NCBI GenBank assembly: GCA_037447605.1 | Contig: JBBHKD010000035.1 | Span: 1-16,948 of the forward strand | From: Zygnema circumcarinatum SAG 698-1b | Lineage: Eukaryota; Plantae; Zygnematophyceae | Length of the DNA: 16,948 nt | Reading direction: 5' to 3' | In this document: piece by piece, positions 9,589 through 16,948 of the stretch | Layout: every line of letters begins with the position of its first letter | Position numbering within the stretch: the stretch's first letter is position 1 | Notes under the pieces: model-generated | Told to the model about the DNA's origin: nothing | What the model saw: only the letters and a program-made list of their open reading frames with translations | Databases searched by the model: none | Program-made: the position numbers and the translations under genes

Positions 9589-10170
9589 TCAGTTCCTCAT
9601 GGGCCCTAGCCCAATCAATCTGTTGTTCACTAGTAGTGTCTCCCTGCTGACCCCCTTGGTCAACATGTCTGCGGCCTGCTCTTTTGTTCTACAAACTTCA
9701 CCCACCCATCATCCGCTTCCTCTCTCTACCACCAACTCTAGCACATAATGATATTGCACCCTAATGTGCTTGGTTCTTTTATGGAACAGGGGTTTTCCAT
9801 AGGTATAGATATTTGGTTGTCGGTAAAGAGTCAATGGTGTTTGTGGTGGCTTACATTCATCAAGAAATGTTGGAACCACATCCCTCCCTTCATTTAGCGT
9901 GTAGCGGCTCACGTATGCTTCTCGCCGATTGCTTTCGGCAATGCGAATCTTGTAACCGAGCTCCATGAGGTCGGCGCCTCCTCCGGATTCAAGAACACAA
10001 ATCGGCGTCGATCGTGGCGTGTCCGCGTCCTCCCGATCTGATGGGGTGTATCCGTCACTACAGTGGCCCCTCTCAAACTGAGGCGTAATCCAGGTCGGAA
10101 GGGTTGGGTTAAGGAGCAAGACCGTTGTTTGGGATGGTTTTTCTCCATGAAGCGACTTCGCGAGCTCCAC
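9589..10170 (-). pseudogene. pol: Nested copia RNase H to pol stop codon (frameshifted)
   Basis: PLFHKRTKHIRVQYHYVLELV is present. Manual translation then gives TKEQAADMLTKGVSRETLLVNNRLIGLGPMRN*, with the stop at 9589-9591. Confidence 0.88.
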
Positions 10171-11030
10171 GGCTTTTCGCCAAGTCGGGGCCAGTACATC
10201 ATCGAATACATTAAACTCGGGTGCCGATGCATGCGCGGCACTCCGTGCATTCTACGTATACCTCGCGTACATGCGCGGGCATCATATCTTTTCGACAATG
10301 GCGTTCCGATCTCCGCCGGTTCGAGCAAGGGCGGCACTCCTCCATTTGGTACAAAGTACATACGTAGGCGTACTGCCCGACAAAGAAATAAGCTGCCGAA
10401 TCACGCCCCTCTTCAACTGCATTCACTGGAGAATCATTGCCTCCCTGATCAAACGCATTTGCAGAGTTAGCTTCCCAAAAAATTTGATTTCAAATCATTG
10501 ATTCTCTTTAATGAGAGGCTCACCATTATGAGGTCGTCCACGTAGATCCCAACGTACATGAGATCCGCCTCTTCTCCTTGTCGGTACACGGAATGATCCG
10601 TCTCGAATCGCGCAAATCCGTTACTCCGTAAGAGGTCATCAATTTTCTCGTACCAAATCATAGGCGCCTGTTTCAGTCCGTACAGACTCTTCACAAGACG
10701 ACAAACGAGATGCTCCTGCCCCGGGAGAACTTTCCCTTCGGGCTGTACCATGTAGATCTCCTCAGCGAGATCTCCGTACAGAAACGCGGTCTTGATATCG
10801 AGTTGATGTACGTGCATCCCCTCGTATTTCGATATTAGAGGCGCGAGGAGAGTTGAACTTCACCACGAGGCGAAGGTCTCGCGTGTGAGCCGATTCCGTG
10901 CATACGACGCCGCCACGGGCGGCGCTTTGTAGCGGTCGGCAGCTCCGTCCGCGCCGCCTTGAACACCCACTTACCGTCAATGGCCCGCCTTCCCTCGGCG
11001 GCTCCTCCAATTAAGCCCGTCTTGTTCTAA
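10171..11030 (-). pseudogene. pol: Nested copia reverse transcriptase (RVT_2); intact frame at 10467-10817
   Basis: HQLDIKTAFLYGDLAEEIYMVQPEG..VCRLVKSLYGLKQAPMIW..YVGIYVDDL, with YVDD at 10533-10544. Outer boundaries are approximate. Confidence 0.93.
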
Positions 11031-11749
11031 AATGGCTGTCCCCTTCCATTTGTGTCGATCATTTGCTGTACTTCTCTCCGTCGGCCGATAGATGCGCCTC
11101 CTCAAGGTTCGCGGTTCGTGATCATAAAGCGATTAAGAGGCGACTCGAGGTCGTGAGTCTGTAGGCACTCTTTCTTTATGCTTAGGTTGATGCTGCGAAG
11201 GCACAGCCAGTGATCGGGCCTCCCTCACCGCAGATTGCTCCTCAGAAGTCGCTAGCTCTCAGGCTCTCCTCGTGTTGAAGAAAATCCCCGGGACAAACCC
11301 GGGAGGCATGCTCGACAACATAGCCTCTTTCTCAGCCGTCTCCAAATCCTCAGACTCCTGCCCATGCAAAGGTACAGTTTCGGCCGAGTTCTCTCCTCGT
11401 CGGACCCAATTGAGTGTGTGTGTGAGTAGTGCGTCTCGTCGGCGGTTCGCGGCTCCCGACTGCGGCTCGGAGTTCAACTCCCGGCCGCCTCAGCGTTGGT
11501 GCCAGGCTTCGGCTCGGCGCTCTCGGGCGTCTTGATCTCCCTCTGAGAGCAGGACACGAGGAAGCGTCCATGCCCTCTTCGCTGGTCTCCACATCCTCGT
11601 ACACAATTTCCAAACCTGCCTTTGGGGTGCGGGTCTCACCTAGCCGAGTCACCGCCCCCTTCTCGTCCACCGTAACGTCTCTCGAGCTCTGCACATCGTT
11701 TGCTCGAGGATTCCACGATGCGTCTGGTATCAATGTTGTAGCAGAAGGT

Positions 11750-12520
11750 ACCACTTCCACGCGGCTCGTGGAGTCAGGCTTTCTCTTACCTTTCGCCCTT
11801 GGCAATACGACCAACGTAGCGCTCAAGTCTTCAATTGGGACACGTGGGTTTCCTCCCCTCCACACCTCTTCGGGGAACACGATCCTTAAGCCACGAAGAT
11901 GGGCATCTATTTACAGGTAAGTTGCGGTCGTACGCCTCTCCCCAAAAGATGAGGGAAGGGAATGTCTATACGGCATGAAGGTAAAGCCATGTCCCCAGCG
12001 TCTATTGACCCTCTCCAGCAGCTCCATTACTTTGAGGGTAAGGGCTTGAGGAAAATTCTATGCCTTATTGCGAGCGCTGGTTGCTTGAACTCCAGCACCG
12101 ACTTGAATTCCCCTCCGGATTTAATACGGCGCCCAGGCGTCTTCAGTTCACGACCCAGCTCTCTGCGCTCCATCACAGATACGCCAATCTCACGGCTCCG
12201 AGAAAGCGGACTTGTATGAGAATTTCACCCAAATTTTTCTTGAAAAATCGTCAAGAAATGTGATGAAGTAGCGAGCTCCTCCGCTTGTTGCTGGTGTCAC
12301 GGGGCCACACAAATCGGTATGTACCAATTCCAGTTTCTCCTGCGCGTGAAATGACTCCTCTCCACTCCTCAAAAAGGGTCTCCGATGCGCCTTCCCCTCT
12401 ACACACTCTTTGCAAAAGTCTAGCTCCTTCTTAACTATGTCAATGTACAACCCGCGGACCAGCCCCCTTGCGACAGCTGTTCTTGATCCCATGGTTTAGA
12501 TGTCCAAGTCTACGATGCCA
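11750..12520 (-). pseudogene. pol: Nested copia GAG-pre-integrase plus integrase core (frameshifted)
   Basis: LWHRRLGHLNH at ~12490-12520. CKECVEGKAHRRPF..LELVHTDLCGPVTPATSGGARYFITFLDDFSRKIWVK lies in ORF 12190-12492. Confidence 0.92.
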
Positions 12521-12714
12521 GAGATTTACTGCACCCTCAGTTACGGCCATCACACCCTCATCTTCTTCTCTCCTATAATGAAGGTAATATAGGCCTCCCT
12601 TCGTACCCCTCAAACAGCCGCTTCCCCGACTCCCAGTGAGTAGCTACGCAAGACTTCTCCTTAAAGGTGACTTAGAGTACCCCCTCTTACATATACTTGG
12701 TGGCTGACGCGAAG

Positions 12715-12965
12715 TTACGTTTTGGTCGAGGGGGTGTGAGAAGTCGTCACCAATGCCGCAACCCGCTCTTCTCTTTCTCCTTCGTAGATGACAGAGCCGT
12801 CTCCGAGGATCATCTTTACTACTCCTCCTTTTGTAACTGTCACTCCCTCTCCGGTTGCCGAGTGAACAGATCTGGTCCTCTCCAAGGTGTCCAGCGTAGA
12901 GAACATTAACTTGTGCGCCACACATGTCGCGTGGAAAGCGCCCGGTCGATAAAGCCATGGCAGCC
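12715..12965 (-). pseudogene. pol: Nested copia protease region (degenerate)
   Basis: FSTLDTLERTRSVHSATGEGVTVTKGGVVKMIL is present and colinear with the host protease region starting at WYVDS (7820). Confidence 0.6.
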
Positions 12966-13049
12966 GGATCCGCAGCACCGGATATTTCCCAACAAAATGG
13001 AGATGTTAGGTCGGCATGAGATTCGTCTCCACAGCATCTGTCTACGGTA

Positions 13050-13910
13050 ATAACTTTATTATTTCGCTTCTTGCATTTGAAGCCGATTCAGCAGATCCCT
13101 TCTTGGCCGGATGGCGATGCTCCCCACCCCGATCTTGGGTGTTCTTGTTCTTATATGATCGTGAAATTGGCGAAGATCTTCGCGTAGCGTGTAACCGCTC
13201 GTGGGGCGTTCCCCGCGATTACGCGCCTCGGCGCACCTCCTCGCCGAACTTGTCGTGAGTGCGAGCCAACACCTTCTCTCGGTGCCTCCAAGCGTCTTTG
13301 GGCGGTGTTCTCCTCCTTGATCCTTGTTTCACTTGCTCAAGGGTCATCCGCGGTCATTTGTTAGAACAGTCTAAAATTTTGCAAGCGCTACATCGAATCG
13401 GCCGAGCAGTCCCCTGGCGGGTGATTTTATGGTCTCCCTCTAGCGGTTTTCTTGTGGCTATGAATCTCTCCATTAAGTATCAAATGTTGACCATATATTC
13501 ACTTTCGGCTACTTCAGGGACATCTTCATTTTTCCCAAGCTGCGTGTAGAGGTGACTATGGATTACGTTATCCTTCGTCATACATCTCCTCCTAAGCATC
13601 TCCACATAGCATGTGAAGTCTTAAGGTCATACAGCATGGAAGAGGGACTTCCCCTCACGCTCATGACGATCTGGGTGAGGGCCTTGTTGTCCTTGGTCAC
13701 TCCATCACATTTGGCTAATGTCCCGAACTCAGCTATTTGCTCAGCCGTGGCTCCCTCGACTGCACCCGGTGCCTTGATGAGTAGTCCAGCGTGCCCCCAA
13801 CGGCCCCTTGCCCCTGGCAAAGGAACCAGCAGCCATCTCCACCCCTTGTAGTCGAACCATGAGCAGTGGGATCTTGCTGAAACTTCCGTGGTCCTCACAA
13901 GCCACCTTGG
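13050..13910 (-). pseudogene. gag: Nested copia gag (frameshifted)
   Basis: DYKGWRW..KDNKALTQIVMSVRGSPSSMLYDLKTSHAMWRCL lies in ORF 13578-13916. Colinear with host gag at 650-1371. Confidence 0.8.
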
Positions 13911-13923
13911 GCTCACGATACCA
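13911..13923 (-). other. Nested copia primer-binding site (tRNA-iMet type)
   Basis: Coding strand reads TGGTATCGTGAGC 2 nt after the LTR end (...caaCA), a degraded TGGTATCAGAGC. Confidence 0.8.
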
Positions 13924-13925
13924 CT

Positions 13926-14948
13926 TGTTGAAGAAGGGGTCTGCTCCCCACTTCAGAGCGCCACCTCGATTATGCGCCCTCAGGTGGAACGAGTTCCCAC
14001 CGGATGAAAGGCATTCAAACACTCAAAGCTCTATCTTGCCATGTAAGCCCATAACAGGGGAATGAAGCTTCTGAAGACAAGCTTACGGCAGGAAATCACA
14101 ATGTAGAGAGTGTTAGGAGGAAAGCTCCGCGGCTCTAAAACTCCTTATAATAAAGCTGTCTTCCAGCGGTAAAGTTCTCCCGCCACTTCAAAGGTCCCTC
14201 TTACTCACTACCTCGCGACACAAGTGTAGGCTGACCCCTAGCGGCACAGCGGGAGTTTACGGTAAGGGCGAGACTATGGCGGTAGTGTAAGGTGGGTTAC
14301 TTTATGATAAAACTTCGCACTATATAATATGGCGTCGTGGCGTGACACACATGTCACATCGCGTCGCCATTACCAAACTATGCGGAGTACGAGTGGGCGC
14401 ACCGAAATAGCGACTTAGCTAGGCGCCTGCGTAAACTTCGTGGCGAAACCTGGATGCTATTAGGATCGTACATCCGTCGATGCAGTTTCGGCGGATTCGC
14501 CCGGCGCTCCTCGCTGATCTTCGCCCGCCCGACATCACCGGTAGTACACTTTCGAACTCGCGGACCCACATGGCGAGTGGTCGCGTCGGCGCATTAGGTT
14601 GTAAATATATCGCCCATGTCGTTTAAGCGCCGCCAACTGCCGGCTCGGCGTTTTAGCAGCGTCGCGTGTCGGAAGTCGCTCGCGTCCGTGCCAGCGAATC
14701 CGCTGACGGCGCCTCGACGATCCACGATTGCGGTTCGTACTCCCGCGCTTGTGTCACCGTAGCGACCAATGTGCCCGCTCGTTAAATTGCCTAAGCTTTC
14801 GCTGACGCTGCTCACGAAAGTCAGAGCACCGACATTACTAGATCTAAGAGCACTAAGCCTGCCAGATCTCATGTTCTACAAACTGAGTACCACAGCGAGT
14901 TAGTATTATTGCCATCTGATGTCTAGCTATCATACACTAACACTAACA
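13926..14948 (-). repeat. Nested copia 5' LTR
   Basis: tgttgaag...cactaaca with TGTT/AACA termini, 1023 bp. Direct repeat of 8541-9572. Confidence 0.92.
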
Positions 14949-16107
14949 AGTTCTAAGTACAAGTCAAAAAGCTTTGAACTTTTCGAGAGATTAGCGGAAC
15001 TCAGATGGAGGCGAGAAGGCGGTGGCTGAAACCCGGCTAGCTTCGGACAGCGGAGGAATTCAAGTCGAGAAGGAGTTATTTGGTACTTGAAAAGGCTCAT
15101 GGAATAAGGCATGAATTTCTCACCCTCCCCTCAAAGTAATGGAGCTCTTGAGGGAGGGTCAATAGGGCAGAAGAAGGGACATAGCACGGACCATGTGCGA
15201 TAGATTCCCCCTTCCGGCATCCTTTTTTAGGGGCGGTGATGACACTAACACATAGAAATAGATGCCCATCTTACGTGCTTAAGGATCGAGGTTCTGAAGG
15301 GTGTGGAGTGGGAGAGGGGAAACCCCGCGGTATCCCACTGAACCTTTGGAGGCCTTGGCCTTGCTGGTGGCTTGATCTTAGAAGGCGAGAAGCGGAGAAG
15401 AAAGTTCGACCCGCAGTGGAAGGGTACCTTCTGGAAGCTCTGACATGGGCGGTCGCTTTTCACCCAGGGTGTGGGACCCTCGAGCAAGCGAAGTCACCGG
15501 CCGAGAGGCGTTCTGATTGGGCCGAGGAAGGCGGTGACTTCGGCTGGAGGACCCGCACCCCAGGCGGGAGGTTTGGAAATTGTGTGCGAGGATGTGGAGA
15601 CGGCGAAGGGGCATGGGCGCCTCCCGGGTCCCGGCTTTGGGAGATGAGCCTTTGGGCGAGGGAGCTGGCCAGGAGGCTGCAGCACGAGCGTGGAGGCAGC
15701 GTGGGAGTTGAACGGAAGCACGCCATGAGGGGAGCCCTTGACCGTCAGCGAGGCGGCACCCACTTCACACTCCTTTGTCAGGCGAGGGAGAACTCGGCAG
15801 CTGTGCCTTTGCATGGGGTGCGAGGGATTTGGAGGCGGTGAGAAAGAGGCTATGTTGTGGCGTACCTCGGGTTTGTCGGGGATTTTCTTCAACACGAGGG
15901 GGCGGGAAGCGCGGGACACCGGGAGGCAGGTGTGGTGAGGAGGCCTGATCACTCTACCTGAGGCCTTGGCGGTTTAACTGTCACGAGGGAAGAGTGCTGG
16001 AGACTCGGTGGACCTGGCGGGGGCTGCCCGGTTTGTTTTATGATCGCGAACCGCAAACCTTTGAGGAAGCGTAGCAGCGAGTCGATGGAAAGTGGCGGCG
16101 GCGATCG
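14949..16107 (+). pseudogene. pol: Host copia fragment 3: integrase core/C-terminus and IN-RT linker (frameshifted)
   Basis: Colinear with ~11060-12220 on the - strand. Includes the PQSNG-like ccctcaaagtaatggagct and the EP.TFEEA motif (gaaccgcaaacctttgaggaagcg) near 16050-16075. Confidence 0.85.
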
Positions 16108-16553
16108 TGTAATAGCGCTATATAGGTTGTATGGCGATACTTACATCAGCGGTTGCCTTTTAATGGTAAAACGCCAGGTGAATCTGCGGGAGGTCTGAGT
16201 TGAACCTAGCGTAGGGTTAAGATTCACGATGATACTCCGAGAACCAAGGGCCCGGTATTTCGCGATCCACCCTAAAAACACCGTGATCTCTACGAGCATG
16301 ATGCGAACCCGTCCTCGGTGGCCGCCGGGGTGAGGCGTAGTCATGTGTTGGCCGAGGCTTGAGCGGTACGCTCGTGAAAAAACCTTGGCTAGCGCTCGAG
16401 GGCGAGCCCGGTTTAGGTGGGGGAGGAATGTGTAGCTATACATGGGTTATGGCAGTACCCCATCCATGATTTGCCTTTTAATGGTAAAGCACTTAGAGTG
16501 AATGCAGGGGAGGTCGAGTTAGAACCTATTTGTAAGCGAGGTTAAGATTCTGA
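16108..16553 (+). mobile_element. TRIM-like non-autonomous LTR element (~445 bp)
   Basis: Imperfect direct repeats at 16108-~16226 and 16429-~16551 both start with TG and share ttgccttttaatggtaaa, gggaggtc, gaaccta and ggttaagattc. A purine tract aggtgggggaggaa at 16415-16428 precedes repeat 2. atcg flanks both ends. The segment is absent from the homologous site of the nested copia. Confidence 0.8.
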
Positions 16554-16948
16554 ATCGGCAGCCGAAGTGGGATAGTTTGGCACGGAAGCGGCACATGGCG
16601 ACTTGAGGAGCTGCCGAGGGGAAGGAGGGCCATTGGATGCAAGTGGGTGTTCAAGGTGAAGCGAAGGCGGACGGGAGTGTCGACCGTTACAAGGCGCGGC
16701 TGGTGGCGAAGGGCTTCAGCCAGGCGTACGGAATCGACTACCGCGAGACCTTCGCCCCGTGGTGAAGTTCCGGCTCCCTCCGTGCCTAATATACGTGCGG
16801 CCAGGGGAATCTGCGTTACATCGACTCGATATCAAGGCCAGCGTTTACTGCATGCACGGAGATCTCGGCGAGAGATCTACATGAGTAAACTGCGAAGGAA
16901 ATTTATCCCGGCGAGAGCATCTCGTTTAGCCGTCTTGTGTGAAAGTGC
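16554..16948 (+). pseudogene. pol: Host copia reverse transcriptase N-terminus (frameshifted, runs off window)
   Basis: Manual translation gives [12 protein letters not shown] (from 16629), then [31 protein letters not shown] in a shifted frame. These are canonical copia RT motifs. Confidence 0.92.

Larger units (their letters stand above)
8541..14948 (-). mobile_element. Full-length Ty1/copia element (~6.4 kb), same family as host, inserted antisense in host integrase
   Basis: Has two ~1.03 kb LTRs, a PBS, a PPT and the order gag-PR-IN-RT-RH. Host integrase resumes at 14949 (shared aattcaagtcg, aataaggcat and ccctcaaagtaatggagct with 11980-12220 on the - strand). Confidence 0.93.
1..16948 (+). 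mobile_element. Host Ty1/copia LTR retrotransposon (incomplete at both window ends), present as fragments 1-1371, ~7585-8540, 14949-16107 and ~16554-16948
   Basis: Order is LTR, PBS, gag, protease, GAG-pre-integrase/integrase, then RT, which is the copia order. Each fragment is colinear with the reverse complement of the uninterrupted copy at 8541-14948 and resumes where the previous fragment stopped. Confidence 0.92.

Noticed and set aside
9573-9600. Extra env-like or 3' accessory ORF in the copia family
   Set aside because: The pol stop (9589-9591) lies only a few bases before the PPT, leaving no room.
8541-14948. Nested copia as a fold-back or chimeric-read artefact of the host
   Set aside because: It has its own two LTRs, PBS and PPT, lacks the gypsy and TRIM insertions, and differs by transitions in clean blocks. 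The host resumes in register after it.
1372-14948. Dating the insertions from LTR-pair divergence
   Set aside because: Indel-rich differences are probably inflated by sequence error, so any age estimate would be unsupported.
16153-16488. 18-bp exact repeat ttgccttttaatggtaaa as a CRISPR-like repeat
   Set aside because: There are only two copies 318 bp apart, embedded in longer LTR-like repeats in a eukaryotic retroelement context.
16108-16553. TRIM as a Cassandra (5S-carrying) element, or the 100 aa - strand ORF 16141-16443 as its product
   Set aside because: I see no 5S A/C-box similarity in its repeats, and the ORF has no recognisable features.

Overview
Essentially the whole window is eukaryotic LTR-retrotransposon DNA arranged as nested insertions, with no host gene, RNA gene or CRISPR array supportable. 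A + strand Ty1/copia element (the host) runs through the window, open at both ends. It comprises a partial 5' LTR (1-631), a tRNA-iMet PBS, and gag-PR-IN-RT in copia order. It is split by three insertions: (1) a Ty3/gypsy chromovirus on the - strand (1372-~7584) inside gag; (2) a second full-length copia of the same family on the - strand (~8541-14948) inside the integrase core; (3) a ~445 bp non-coding TRIM-like element (16108-~16553) just upstream of RT. After each insertion the host sequence resumes where it broke off, judged against the uninterrupted nested copy. Sequence quality is patchy: clean ORFs bounded by 10-N gaps alternate with indel-rich stretches. Many frameshifts and much of the LTR divergence may therefore be read or assembly error rather than age. 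The organism cannot be determined from the sequence; a green-lineage eukaryote is plausible but unverified. The TRIM-like element is the best candidate for something undescribed. No evidence for a new multi-gene system was found.
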